The position numbers and the translations under genes are program-made. Positions 1-9,386 of a stretch of 32,000 bases of DNA are shown here, piece after piece (positions within the stretch are counted from its first letter, which is position 1; each line of letters starts with the position of its first letter). Source of the DNA: Synechococcus elongatus PCC 6301 (lineage in GTDB: Bacteria; Cyanobacteriota; Cyanobacteriia; Synechococcales; Synechococcaceae); NCBI RefSeq assembly GCF_000010065.1, contig NC_006576.1:2070001-2102000 (forward strand), given 5' to 3'. A model generated the notes under the pieces. It worked only from the letters and a program-made list of their open reading frames with translations, was not told the origin of the DNA and ran no database searches.

Positions 1-37
1 AACAACTCGGGATCCAATGGCATTTAGCGGTTGATTT

Positions 38-1423
38 TTAAGCTTTTTGGTTACGGCGTACCTGGCGAGGACCCTGTTCAAAACGCCGTTGTAACTGTTT
101 CAAGCCCCAAGCGATCGCAGCAGCACTCAAGCCTAGAACTGCAAGCAAGATGACCGTAGTCGCTGAAACACCAGCCACTGCAAGGATTGGGGCCAATGTC
201 CAACTAAGAGCCGCGATCGCGATCGCTACGGTTTGTCCTTGCTTCGAGCGTCGCCAAGCGGCGGCACAACTGCGACAGTGCAGCGTATGACTCTGATAGC
301 GCTCTAACAGCTCGGGAATGGAACGACTCGCCGGGAGCGGTTCATTGGGGAAAGGAACACCGGCATAGCGATCGACCCAGCGATGCAACGCCAGCACAAA
401 GCGATCGGCGGAGGTCGGCAAATAACACTGACGGCTGTAGGTGGCACTGCCGCCCTGCTGCTGAATCCGTCGTTCTTGGTGATGCAAAAAGATTTGGTCT
501 TCTTCCAGCACGGTGTTTTGCCCCAGATGCTGAAACCAAGTTGGGGCGATCCGCAGGAAAAAGCGCGGGATGGCGGACTTAAAGCGAAAGGGGAAGCGCG
601 CAAAAATCCGACATTCGCCAGCGCGAATCGGCGTGGCGTAGACCACGGTCATGGCTCGCCCGAGACTGTCAGCTTCAAGGTCGTGCCACATCAAGCTCGG
701 CGCAATAAAGGTCGTGGATTGGGTGCCCAGTTTGCCGCGCCGTGGCCCCTCAGGCCAAACACCCTGAAAGCCTTGGCGATCGCTCTCCACAATCTTCAGA
801 TCAGTCATTGGCCCCGCGTTGGCGCGATTCCCCACCGACCCGTGGTGAGTGAAGGGCAGGTGGCTGGGATCGAGCACGTTTTCCAGCAGCGTTAGGGCGT
901 CGTAGGGTAAATCCCGAAAGGTATCGATGCAAACCCAGTCCGCATCCGTCCCCCACGGTTCAACCAAAGGTAAGGGCACGCGATCGGCTCGCTCCGGCGT
1001 CCCAGCGTAAACAAACAACAGCCCTTGTGCAGTCGCCGTCGGGAGCGTTTTGGCGCAGGCGCGATCGCTGGTGTGGGCTTGCCCTGTGGTGGCTTGTTGG
1101 GGGATAACCGCGCAATCCCCCGTCCCTGTAAAAGCCCAGCCGTGATACGGACATTCCAGCCGTCCCTCGGCATCCAAGCGACCCTCCGACAGGCGCACTT
1201 GGCGATGGGGACAGGCATCCTCAAAAGCCCGCCATTGTTCAGCACTACGATCCCACCAAATCACCAGATCGCGACCCAGCAGGGTGAAAGCGTTCGGGCG
1301 ATCGCGATTGAGATCCCGCAGGTAGTGAACGGGATACCAAACCTCAGCCCAATCAAAGCGATCGCTGGCAGGCCCACCGGCGGGTAAAACCTGAGCATCG
1401 GCTAAAAGCACGTCAGCAGTCAT
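38..1423 (-). CDS. Rieske [2Fe-2S] oxygenase, pheophorbide-a-oxygenase (PaO/Tic55/Lls1-like) family, C-terminally membrane anchored
   Basis: 461-aa ORF with an ATG start. Rieske motif CPHRQVRLSEG...CPYHGWAF (CxH...CxxH) lies near the N-terminus. Two hydrophobic C-terminal helices (VAIAIAALSWTLAPILAVAG, VILLAVLGLSAAAIAWGL) are typical of PaO-family proteins. Confidence 0.85.
   Translation of the reverse strand: MTADVLLADAQVLPAGGPASDRFDWAEVWYPVHYLRDLNRDRPNAFTLLGRDLVIWWDRSAEQWRAFEDACPHRQVRLSEGRLDAEGRLECPYHGWAFTGTGDCAVIPQQATTGQAHTSDRACAKTLPTATAQGLLFVYAGTPERADRVPLPLVEPWGTDADWVCIDTFRDLPYDALTLLENVLDPSHLPFTHHGSVGNRANAGPMTDLKIVESDRQGFQGVWPEGPRRGKLGTQSTTFIAPSLMWHDLEADSLGRAMTVVYATPIRAGECRIFARFPFRFKSAIPRFFLRIAPTWFQHLGQNTVLEEDQIFLHHQERRIQQQGGSATYSRQCYLPTSADRFVLALHRWVDRYAGVPFPNEPLPASRSIPELLERYQSHTLHCRSCAAAWRRSKQGQTVAIAIAALSWTLAPILAVAGVSATTVILLAVLGLSAAAIAWGLKQLQRRFEQGPRQVRRNQKA
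213..226. repeat. Two overlapping HIP1 octamers (GCGATCGCGATCGC), an example of the dispersed cyanobacterial HIP1 palindrome
   Basis: Exact GCGATCGC at 213-220 and 219-226. The octamer recurs throughout the GC-rich parts of the window. It is absent from the AT-rich ORFs at 21378-21731, 22817-23428, 24071-25096 and 25736-26305. Confidence 0.95.
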
Positions 1424-1504
1424 GGCGATCGCAGATCCGCTTGTTGTTAAGACTTGTAACGAATCCTAACAACTCAGTAGTAGCGATCGCTTGCCTGGAC
1501 TCTG

Positions 1505-1993
1505 CTAGTTGCAGCCAAACACCGTCAGACTGTAATCGCTGCCGATCGCGCGTTCACCCCCCACAACCACATTGACCTGATAGGGCGCTTCGTAGGGGCG
1601 GCTAAACAGTTGGATATCAAAGGGCACACCTTGGGGCAGCTCAATTGACTGGTCAAATAACTTGTCGGTGTTGCTGTCGTTGTACTTGAGATAGGCGCGA
1701 ATCGTATATAGCTCTTGCCCCGCTGAGTCCCGAGTGCCAGACCCGACGGTTTTCGAGGTCAAGCTGACCAAAAATTGGCTGTAGCGACTTTCCGGCGGGA
1801 CAAAAAAGTCAGTGTTCCAGTTGTCACGTACAAAGAAGACGGTATTGGGCGAAACGCGCTTGCTGACCACCGACCCTTCGCTACCCACAGCTTTGAGAGG
1901 CACACATTGGGGTGCTGTTTGGGCGGTCGCCTGTGATGACCAGCCCAGAGACAGCACGCCAGCAAAAAGGGCAAGGCGAGAGAACAAAGCCAT
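1505..1993 (-). CDS. Secreted hypothetical protein (162 aa)
   Basis: The internal ATG at 1993 gives MALFSRLALFAGVLSLGWSSQATAQT, a classical signal peptide. The 130-codon upstream extension in the ORF track is low-complexity and has no support. No recognisable domain; Cys residues near both mature ends. Confidence 0.6.
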   Translation of the reverse strand: MALFSRLALFAGVLSLGWSSQATAQTAPQCVPLKAVGSEGSVVSKRVSPNTVFFVRDNWNTDFFVPPESRYSQFLVSLTSKTVGSGTRDSAGQELYTIRAYLKYNDSNTDKLFDQSIELPQGVPFDIQLFSRPYEAPYQVNVVVGGERAIGSDYSLTVFGCN

Positions 1994-2285
1994 AGCCAGA
2001 GTGAAGCAAGCGTCGCTACGAGAATACAGCACCCCTGCAACTCTGCTGCTGATGGCATACTGCTGGGACGATTTGGATTCTGCGATCGCATGCGGATGTC
2101 TAAGCAGGTTGTGCCTCCCCGAGCGGGCTGGCGATCGCCTCGACTGTGGCAACTGATTCTGTTCCTGCAGGTGATGAGCTGCCTGGCTCTGGCCTATCGC
2201 TATCAATCCCTTCAGCAAGCGATCGCCACCCAACAACAGCAAATCCAATGCCTCGAAGCGCGATCGCTTGATACTCGGGCCGATC

Positions 2286-3150
2286 TCAGTCGCTGCCGTC
2301 GTTAAGTAAGGAGGTATGCTTGATGGCCTGCCCGATTCGATGGCAATAGGTGAATGTTGGCAGGCAATCAAAGCGCTCAACAATTAAATGATCTTCGACA
2401 AAAGCATTGAACAAGAGATCCAGTTCAACGTTGTCGGTGTCGTCCCAAATCATCAGAGACCCATGCTTAGCTGAGTTGTGACAGTTCATGAAATCAGCAG
2501 TTGCCGTTTGGTAGGCATGAGTGAGAGCCGTCAATGTGGAGTAGATCAAAATAGACTGCTGGGTGCTCTAGCCGAAAGAGTGGAAGAGTTGTATTAGAGT
2601 CCCCCGCAATTAAGTCAATTCGGTGAGGGAAACGCTCAGCTAAAACGGCAAAACATCCTTCCGTATAACGATGTTCACAAATATCGAATGCCAATAGATT
2701 TGAGTTGGGATTCGCTAGCAGCATTAAAGCCGCACTATGGCCAGCATTGAAGCCAATTTCTAATATTTTCTGGGCTTGTGTGGCTGAGGAAAATAAGTTT
2801 ATCCGCTTGTTTTCCAACAGTGCAGATGGTTTAAGGCTGAGGTGATAGTAAAAACAATTGCCTTCTAGAGGCTCGCCAGACTCAACAACTACATGATCAA
2901 GGGCTTTGAAGAGTTGTTCTTCCTCAGTGACAATAGTTCGATAGCAATTGATTGTTTGAGAATCTAGGGATTGCTGTTCCGCTTTTGCTGCTTGTTTGCG
3001 ATCGCACCAAAGTATGAGCTGGTGGGCAGCAGCATAGTCTGGGACTTGCTTAATCAGGAACTGAGCAAAATTCCTGCAAGCCTCAAGACCAAAGTCAGGA
3101 CTTTGACTTAAGACTTGCAGAATTTGATCTAAGTCGAGACTGCCAGACAC
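2286..3150 (-). pseudogene. Class I SAM-dependent methyltransferase (Methyltransf_24/O-MT-like) split by a frameshift
   Basis: ORF 2494-3150 carries motif I (ILEIGFNAGHSAALM) and ends ...LLHIDGSHSCLPNGNC*. The overlapping ORF 2286-2549, in another frame, continues the fold (THAYQTATADF...HGSLMIWDDTD). A single-nucleotide shift near 2512-2526 would restore one protein of about 285 aa. GTG start at 3150, 12 nt after the aminotransferase stop. Confidence 0.6.
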
Positions 3151-3162
3151 CAGTAGGACCGA

Positions 3163-4317
3163 TTAAGAGCGGGGGAGAACGTCTGCCAGAATGCTCAGCA
3201 AGCGATCGACATTTTCGCGACGGCTGTTGTAGCCCATCAGGCCGATCCGCCAGACTTTACCTGCCAATTCGCCCAAGCCACCGCCCATTTCGATGCCGTG
3301 TTCATCCAGCAGTTGACGGCTGACGGCTTTGCCATCGACGCCCTCAGGAATCCGCACAGTCGTCAGGGTCGGCAGGCGATTTTCGACTGGGACGTGACAG
3401 GTCAGGCCCAAATCCTCCAAGCCTGCCCAGAGATATTCGGCATTGTCGCGGTGGCGCTTCCAGACTGTTTCGATACCTTCGTCGGCAATCAGGCGCAGCG
3501 CCTCACGGATGCCGAAGTTCATGTTCACCGGCGCAGTGTGGTGGTAAACCCGATCGCTGCCCCAGTACTGGTTGAGCAACGACATATCCAGATACCAGTT
3601 GGCAACTTTGCCCTTGCGGCGCGCCAGCTTCTCTTCAGCGCGGGGCCCCATCGTGAACGGCGACACACCCGGCGGGCAGCTCAGCCCTTTTTGGCTGCAG
3701 CTATAGGCCAAATCGACGCCCCACTCATCCAGCAGGGTTGGAACCGCACCCAAGCTGGTGACGGTGTCGATCAGTAAGAGGCAATCAAACTCACGACAGA
3801 GATCGCCAACGCCGGCTAGCGGTTGTTCAGCGCCCGTCGAAGTCTCGGCATGAACGAGAGCAAGGATTTGTGGCCGGTGTTCTTCCAAAGCTTGCCGCAA
3901 TTCAGCCAAGCTAAAGACATCACCCCAAGGCTTGTGAATGGTGCGCACATCAGCGCCGTAGCGACCCGCCATATCAACAAGGCGGTTGCCGAAGTAGCCC
4001 ATGACGCCGACCAGGACGACATCCCCAGGCTCGACGCTGTTGGCGATCGTGGCTTCCATGGCAGCACTGCCCGTGCCGCTGACGGGAATGGTCAGGCGGT
4101 TATCGGTTTGCCAGATGTAGCGCAGCAACCCCTGTACCTCGGTCATCAACTCGAGAAATTTAGGATCGAGGTGACCGATGGGTGGCCGACTGATCGCCTC
4201 CAGCACAGCTGGATGGGCGTTCGACGGACCGGGCCCGAGCAGCAGACGCTCCGGTAGCTCCAGCGGCTGGAGACGGACACGGTGTTTTTCGCTAACGCTC
4301 GGAAGAGTGACGGTCAT
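3163..4317 (-). CDS. Class V PLP aminotransferase (serine-pyruvate / alanine-glyoxylate aminotransferase type)
   Basis: 384 aa from ATG 4317 (MTVTLPSVSEK...). Motifs seen: LLLGPGPSN, SGTGSAAMEA, LVHAETSTG, and SCSQKGL with the PLP lysine. The 93-codon N-terminal extension in the ORF track overlaps the upstream gene and was trimmed. Confidence 0.85.
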   Translation of the reverse strand: MTVTLPSVSEKHRVRLQPLELPERLLLGPGPSNAHPAVLEAISRPPIGHLDPKFLELMTEVQGLLRYIWQTDNRLTIPVSGTGSAAMEATIANSVEPGDVVLVGVMGYFGNRLVDMAGRYGADVRTIHKPWGDVFSLAELRQALEEHRPQILALVHAETSTGAEQPLAGVGDLCREFDCLLLIDTVTSLGAVPTLLDEWGVDLAYSCSQKGLSCPPGVSPFTMGPRAEEKLARRKGKVANWYLDMSLLNQYWGSDRVYHHTAPVNMNFGIREALRLIADEGIETVWKRHRDNAEYLWAGLEDLGLTCHVPVENRLPTLTTVRIPEGVDGKAVSRQLLDEHGIEMGGGLGELAGKVWRIGLMGYNSRRENVDRLLSILADVLPRS

Positions 4318-4378
4318 CGGGCAACCCTGCGGCAGATGAGAGAAATGCTTAGAGCCATTAAAGCTTGTTACAGGTCGA

Positions 4379-5311
4379 CTACTGCACTGCATCGTTGAAC
4401 TGTTGCGGAGTGAAATAGTTGGCGCAGAACTCTGTAAGGGCTGCGATGAAAGCAGCAGTGGCTTCGTAGGGAAGAACGTTGCGACCGGGCAGAATCTGAC
4501 CCTGATTGCAGGGCATGACTTGGGCGTAAGCCTGTAGGCGATCGCGAGCGTCCTCCTTCCATCCATCGCGGCTGATACTACTTGCCCCTTCGCCAAAGAG
4601 CAGCAGCGTCGGTTGGGTCATTTTGGCAAGGCGATCGCCCCAGCCCTGTTGCCAATTACGACTGAGGAACGCGTAAACCGCATGACGGGAAGCCTTCTTC
4701 CGGCTGCCTTCTGCCAAGAGCTGCATCCATTCGCGATCGACTTGCTCCGCTCGGGCAAACAGTTGTCGCTGCGAGAAGCGGCGCAGGAAAAAGGGCGTGC
4801 GAGCGTACTGAAAAAAGAGCCAGCCTAGGGGTGAGCAAAACAGTCGCCAGAGCCGCCGCTGCTGTTGAGCCGTTTGTTTGCGCTCAATCACGCGCCAAGC
4901 GGGCGGCCCCGAAAACGCCAGCCCTAGGACTAACTCTGGCTGGATTTCAGCAAGAGCGACGGCTGCGGGCATCAACGCTCCTTGGGCCACCACGATCGCG
5001 GGCTGCTGAATTTCGATCTGGAGCAGATGTGCCAGTTGCTCAGCCCAATTTTGCGGGCTGTAGGGCTTCTGATCCATATCACTGTCGCCGCAGCCCAGCA
5101 GATCCGGCACGATCAGTGGGCGATCGCTCTGGGCGCACCAAGCCTGACAGAAGCGCTGCCAAAATCGCCGCCAAAGACCCACGCCCACCGGATGCACTAG
5201 CAGCAACGGTGTTTGACCGGTTGTTAAATCGCCCCAAATCTCGTAGATGTAGCGCTCACCGGTCGGTAGCTGTCCCTGACGTACTTGGGGAGTTGTCGGC
5301 GTCACAGTCAT
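4379..5311 (-). CDS. Alpha/beta-hydrolase-fold protein (nucleophile position apparently not Ser)
   Basis: 310 aa with an ATG start. Fold landmarks: LLLVHPVGVG (oxyanion-loop region), PDLLGCGDS, then IVVAQGALMPAAV where the GxSxG elbow is expected. Confidence 0.7.
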   Translation of the reverse strand: MTVTPTTPQVRQGQLPTGERYIYEIWGDLTTGQTPLLLVHPVGVGLWRRFWQRFCQAWCAQSDRPLIVPDLLGCGDSDMDQKPYSPQNWAEQLAHLLQIEIQQPAIVVAQGALMPAAVALAEIQPELVLGLAFSGPPAWRVIERKQTAQQQRRLWRLFCSPLGWLFFQYARTPFFLRRFSQRQLFARAEQVDREWMQLLAEGSRKKASRHAVYAFLSRNWQQGWGDRLAKMTQPTLLLFGEGASSISRDGWKEDARDRLQAYAQVMPCNQGQILPGRNVLPYEATAAFIAALTEFCANYFTPQQFNDAVQ

Positions 5312-5322
5312 CCTCAGTCTCT

Positions 5323-5356
5323 CAACGAAAACAGGGCAAGCGTTTGCCTGCCCTGT
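5323..5356 (-). terminator. Intrinsic terminator downstream of apcF
   Basis: Minus strand reads ACAGGGCA-ggcaaacgct-TGCCCTGT (8-bp stem, 5331-5356) followed by TTTCGTT. It lies 45 nt after the apcF stop. Confidence 0.55.
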
Positions 5357-5400
5357 CGATTCAATCCGGCTTCATCCCTGCGATCGCAGGCGCTACCGTC

Positions 5401-5910
5401 TTAGATGTCTTGCTCTGCGAGGTTGCGTCCGAGGTGATCGAACGGCACTTCAACAAAGGCGGCATTGCTGATGCCAGCCTGCTCAACTAGCTGCCGCACG
5501 CGATCGCGCAGGATAGCAATGCCGCGCACCGTTGGGCCGCTGGGCACGCCTAGGGACGTATAGGTTTCCCGCAGACCTTGGAGAACGCGCTCGTCAAGGA
5601 CTTCGGTGTTACCAGCCACCAAGGCATAGGTCGCGTAGCGAAGATAGTAGTCGAGGTCGCGCAGGCAAGCCGAGTAACGACGGGTCGTGTAGGCATTGCC
5701 GCCCGGACGCAACAGCTCAGGAACCTCTTCAAAGAGTTGAGCACTGGCATCGCGCACAAGGCTGGCGGCATTGGCGTTGATGATTTCTGCCGCTTGGACG
5801 CGGGCATTGCCTTCGGCAAAGTAGGCCCGAAGACTATCGACCGCATTGCGATCCAAGTATTTGCCAGCCAGGTCGTAGCCGGCAATTAGACTGCTAACCG
5901 CATCTCGCAT
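5401..5910 (-). CDS. apcF: Allophycocyanin beta-18 subunit (phycobilisome core)
   Basis: 169 aa, starting MRDAVSSLIAGYDLAGKYLDRNAVDSLRAYF. Contains NAYTTRRYSACLRDLDYYLRYATYALVAG with the bilin-binding Cys. Length and termini match ApcF rather than ApcA or ApcB. Confidence 0.9.
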   Translation of the reverse strand: MRDAVSSLIAGYDLAGKYLDRNAVDSLRAYFAEGNARVQAAEIINANAASLVRDASAQLFEEVPELLRPGGNAYTTRRYSACLRDLDYYLRYATYALVAGNTEVLDERVLQGLRETYTSLGVPSGPTVRGIAILRDRVRQLVEQAGISNAAFVEVPFDHLGRNLAEQDI

Positions 5911-6109
5911 GAATTGCGCTCCCGAGTGCTGACAAAACGGTTCAGATGTCGCTCGAATCGAGCCAGGGAATTTCAGAAAAAGACTACCATGCAGCCTTGT
6001 CCTGCCTGCGATCCAGCACCGCCGAGCCGGCTCGCCTGCAAGATTTCGTTACCAAACTTCATAAGATGGCACACTCAGGCTTGTCAGTGCCAATCGCCTC
6101 CATTTTTAT

Positions 6110-6151
6110 GTATCAGCTGTTACAAAAGTGCCGTTTCGGGCTACCTAGGAT
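6110..6151 (+). promoter_or_regulatory. NtcA-activated promoter of glnA (NtcA box plus -10)
   Basis: GTATCAGCTGTTAC (GTA-N8-TAC) at 6110-6123. Exactly 22 nt later comes TAGGAT (TAN3T) at 6146-6151. This is the canonical NtcA class II architecture, in the correct position and orientation for glnA. Confidence 0.8.
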
Positions 6152-6303
6152 GAAAGCGGTCAGCAATGCTTGTCTTCAGTTCCTGGTTGTGATCCAGCTG
6201 CGATCGCAGCAGCGTTGTTTCCACAGTTAGGCTTGTGGACTACCAATCCCAGGGCCTGCTTCGCTGAGCCGTACCACCAAGAGCACACAAGGAGTTGTCG
6301 CTC

Positions 6304-7725
6304 ATGCCTGAGACCGCTCAAGAGGTCCTTCAGCTTATTCAAGAGAAGGGTATCCAGCTTGTCGATTTGAAATTTATCGACATGCCGGGGATTTGGCAGC
6401 ACTTGACACTACACGTCAGCCAAATCGACGAAAACAGCTTTGTTGAGGGCGTTCCCTTCGACGGTTCCAGCATCCGGGGCTGGAAAGCGATCAACGAGTC
6501 GGACATGACGATGGTGCCCGATCCAACCACTGCTTGGATCGACCCATTCATGAAAGAGCCGACGCTCAGCATGATCTGTACGATCTACGAGCCGCGCACT
6601 AACACCCCCTACGAGCGCTGCCCCCGGGCGATCGCTCAAAAAGCGGTGGATTACCTCAAAGCTAGCGGGATCGGTGACACGGCTTACTTCGGCCCCGAAG
6701 CAGAATTCTTCATCTTTGATGACGTTCGCTTCGATCAGGCTGAGAACAAGAGCTACTACTACGTCGATTCGATCGAAGGCCGCTGGAACTCCGGCCGCGA
6801 AGAAGAAGGCGGTAACCTCGGCTATAAGCCTCGCTACAAAGAGGGCTACTTCCCAGTGGCCCCGACCGACACCAGCCAAGATATGCGTAGTGAAATGCTG
6901 CTGACCATGGCTGATTGTGGCGTGCCAATTGAGAAGCACCACCACGAAGTGGCGACCGGCGGCCAGTGTGAGCTAGGCTTCCGCTTCGGCAAGCTGATCG
7001 AAGCAGCGGACTGGCTGATGACCTACAAGTACGTGATCAAAAACGTGGGTCGTCGCTACGGCAAAACGATTACCTTCATGCCCAAATTGCTGTTCAACGA
7101 CAACGGTTCTGGTATGCATACCCACCAGTCGATTTGGAATGATGGTCAGCCGCTGTTTGCGGGCGACCAGTATGCTGGCCTGAGCCAAATGGCGCTCTGG
7201 TACATCGGCGGTATCCTCAAGCACGCGCCGGCCTTGTTGGCTCTCACCAACCCCACCACCAACTCCTACAAGCGCCTTGTGCCTGGCTTTGAAGCGCCGG
7301 TCAACTTGGCCTACTCCCAAGGCAACCGCTCGGCTTCGGTGCGGATTCCCCTTTCAGGCACCAACCCGAAAGCGAAGCGCTTGGAGTTCCGTTGTCCTGA
7401 CGCGACCTCCAACCCCTACTTGGCGTTTGCGGCGATGCTCTGCGCTGGTATCGACGGCATCAAGAACCAAATTGACTTGGGCGAACCGCTGGATGTGGAC
7501 ATCTACGACCTCAGCCCCGAAGAGCTGGCTAAAATCCCCAGCACCCCGGGTTCACTCAAGGATGCGCTGAAAGCACTAGAGGCCGATCACGACTTCCTGA
7601 CTGTGGGCGGCGTCTTCACGGAAGACTTCATCCAGAACTGGATCGAGTACAAGCTCGACAACGAAGTGATTCCGATCAGCCTGCGTTCGCACCCCTACGA
7701 ATTCGCGCTCTACTACGACTGCTAA
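6304..7725 (+). CDS. glnA: Glutamine synthetase type I
   Basis: 473 aa from ATG 6304, preceded by AAGGAG at 6289-6294. Conserved blocks: [63 protein letters not shown]. Confidence 0.97.
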   Translation: MPETAQEVLQLIQEKGIQLVDLKFIDMPGIWQHLTLHVSQIDENSFVEGVPFDGSSIRGWKAINESDMTMVPDPTTAWIDPFMKEPTLSMICTIYEPRTNTPYERCPRAIAQKAVDYLKASGIGDTAYFGPEAEFFIFDDVRFDQAENKSYYYVDSIEGRWNSGREEEGGNLGYKPRYKEGYFPVAPTDTSQDMRSEMLLTMADCGVPIEKHHHEVATGGQCELGFRFGKLIEAADWLMTYKYVIKNVGRRYGKTITFMPKLLFNDNGSGMHTHQSIWNDGQPLFAGDQYAGLSQMALWYIGGILKHAPALLALTNPTTNSYKRLVPGFEAPVNLAYSQGNRSASVRIPLSGTNPKAKRLEFRCPDATSNPYLAFAAMLCAGIDGIKNQIDLGEPLDVDIYDLSPEELAKIPSTPGSLKDALKALEADHDFLTVGGVFTEDFIQNWIEYKLDNEVIPISLRSHPYEFALYYDC

Positions 7726-7758
7726 TTCGTTAAACCTCACTGCGTCTTGAGAGTTGAG

Positions 7759-7792
7759 GCTGTTGCCGCTAGGCAGCAGCCCTTCCCTTTCG
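7759..7792 (+). terminator. Probable intrinsic terminator after glnA
   Basis: GCTGTTGCC-gcta-GGCAGCAGC (9-bp stem with one G-U pair) at 7759-7780, followed by a pyrimidine/T-rich tract CCTTCCCTTTCG. Confidence 0.5.
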
Positions 7793-7802
7793 ATGGACTG
7801 CT

Positions 7803-8297
7803 GTGATTGCTCTGGATCGGTCGACTGCGGGTTATCAATGGGCGATCGCAGCCATGAAAGCTGTGATGGCACAGATAAGGATGTGCCTTCTACAATCATT
7901 AGCGAACCACTCGGCTGTCTTTATGTTTCGCTTCTGCCTCTGTCTGCTCTTGCTGCTTGGGTTGATTTTTCCCCGTCCCGCAGCAGCTGCAGAAGTCTTG
8001 AGTGTGCGGGAAGGCGGATTACTGCGAATCGGAGATAGCAATCGCAGCTATACGGTGCAGATCGACTGTGTGCAACCGATCGCGGGCCAAGAGGTCGCCC
8101 TGCGAGATCGCCTCCAAACCTTGTTGCCTCGCCGGACTCGAGTTAATTTGCGGCCCAACGGTCTTGACTCTGCAGGTCGTGTTGTAGCAACGGTCTATCG
8201 GCTCCCTGATGGTCTCGATATTGGGGTGAAACTCCAGGAAGAGCAGCTAGCTACCCTGTCTGAGCAGTGTGCAAGCGCCACCGTCAGCCAAGGGTAG
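7803..8297 (+). CDS. Secreted SNase-fold-like protein with degenerate active site (start uncertain)
   Basis: ORF opens at GTG 7803. The best signal peptide starts at ATG 7923 (MFRFCLCLLLLLGLIFPRPAAAAEV). The mature part aligns by eye with the thermonuclease at 18013-18501 but lacks its DGDT and RL..IDAPE motifs (see findings). Confidence 0.55.
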   Translation: MIALDRSTAGYQWAIAAMKAVMAQIRMCLLQSLANHSAVFMFRFCLCLLLLLGLIFPRPAAAAEVLSVREGGLLRIGDSNRSYTVQIDCVQPIAGQEVALRDRLQTLLPRRTRVNLRPNGLDSAGRVVATVYRLPDGLDIGVKLQEEQLATLSEQCASATVSQG

Positions 8298-8325
8298 GAT
8301 CAGGCTGACTGTCGGACTGCTGACT

Positions 8326-8529
8326 ATGGCAAAAAACACCTATGCCCGAATTTTGACTGGGGTGCCTCTCCTGTTTGGCACGCTGGCCTTTACTGCTGGC
8401 GGCTTAGCAGCCCTGCGATCGCATTCTTCAGAAGTGGCCGCGATTGGCTTGATTATTGCTGGATTGCTGGCGATCGCCACGATTGGAATTTGGCGTCAGG
8501 CGGATGACACGGACCCCGATTTGAGCTAG
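8326..8529 (+). CDS. Small two-helix membrane protein (67 aa)
   Basis: ATG 8326 gives MAKNTYARILTGVPLLFGTLAFTAGGLAAL...AAIGLIIAGLLAIATIGIW, two clear hydrophobic helices. The upstream extension in the ORF track overlaps the previous gene. Confidence 0.5.
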   Translation: MAKNTYARILTGVPLLFGTLAFTAGGLAALRSHSSEVAAIGLIIAGLLAIATIGIWRQADDTDPDLS

Positions 8530-8602
8530 AAAGCAGTAATTCTAAGGCTCACGATCGCCTCTAGTTGTTCTAAGAATGAAATATCCGTTAGACATTTAAA
8601 AA

Positions 8603-9034
8603 CTAGCGATTGGGTTGCACTTTAGATGATGCATTGATGATGTGAAGAGTTCGCTCTGCGTAGCGACGAACATAGGCTTTAGGGGAAGTTAACGCTGCGA
8701 TCGCAGACACTTGCATCTGTTTGGGATCCAGCCGAACTGTCATGGATAGCTGATCCATAAATTGCTCAGAAAAACAGCCATCGATCAACCGTTGGATGAT
8801 GGCTGCGATCATCCGATTTTGCTCCTCCACCTCGGCTGGGGGATGATTCTTGAAGTGTCTACAAAGTTTGGCTCGCGCACGATTGTGCCAGAGACCAAAA
8901 CTCTCATGAGCTACAAAAAGAGCCGCTTTTGATACAGCATCACGATTGCCGGTCTTGACCTCTTCAATGAGCTGATGAAGATCATTTTTCGTTAGTTTGC
9001 TGATCCATGAGTGATTGATAGCAGGTTGCATCAT
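8603..9034 (-). CDS. Hypothetical protein (143 aa), first gene of the AT-rich block
   Basis: ORF with tandem ATG codons at 9034 and 9031 (MMQPAINHSW...). Predicted helical; no motif recognised. Divergent from the hlyD-like gene. Confidence 0.45.
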   Translation of the reverse strand: MMQPAINHSWISKLTKNDLHQLIEEVKTGNRDAVSKAALFVAHESFGLWHNRARAKLCRHFKNHPPAEVEEQNRMIAAIIQRLIDGCFSEQFMDQLSMTVRLDPKQMQVSAIAALTSPKAYVRRYAERTLHIINASSKVQPNR

Positions 9035-9386
9035 CCCACGACAGACGAAAGAGCACCGGCACAACCCACGAAGGAGGGGCATTCCTTCGCGATCGCAGGC
9101 TTGAGCAGAGCAATGAGTGGCTTGTTCTCAACTCAGTTATCAGTGTGGATTATAGACAGGCGGTCTCTGCAGCTCAATCTGCTGGTAACCCTAGATGTCG
9201 AAAATATAGTTGGCAATTCGTGGTTAGATCTAGGGACTAGCGGCTGAAAATCCGAGCTGAAGCGGCATTTTGTTTCACAAATTGAAAATAGGGCTAAGAA
9301 ACATAAAAAGTATTCAATGATTCTTGCACTCTCTGGGTCGCCTTATTAATTTAAGAATGCTTGTTCTTAAAGTTGAAAGCTAAGTT

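Noticed and set aside
1994-2383. N-terminal extensions offered by the ORF track (for example 1505-2383, 3163-4596, 20116-20562, 22288-22740, 26467-30540)
   Set aside because: The extensions start at TTG or GTG or at unsupported ATG codons. They overlap neighbouring genes or add residues absent from the recognisable family N-termini (ChlH MFTQVKS..., aminotransferase, signal peptide). The internal starts have better context.
4831-5490. 219-aa plus-strand ORF antisense to the alpha/beta-hydrolase gene and the apcF 3' end
   Set aside because: It has a low-complexity Arg/Ala/Pro-rich translation. It spans a terminator and two well-supported minus-strand genes.
9083-9386. Possible c-di-GMP riboswitch or other leader upstream of the hlyD-GT2 pair
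   Set aside because: I saw none of the conserved GEMM-type sequence blocks. There are only two short inverted repeats (CCCTAGAT/ATCTAGGG at 9189-9235 and TTAAGAA/TTCTTAA at 9349-9368), which could be operators or chance.
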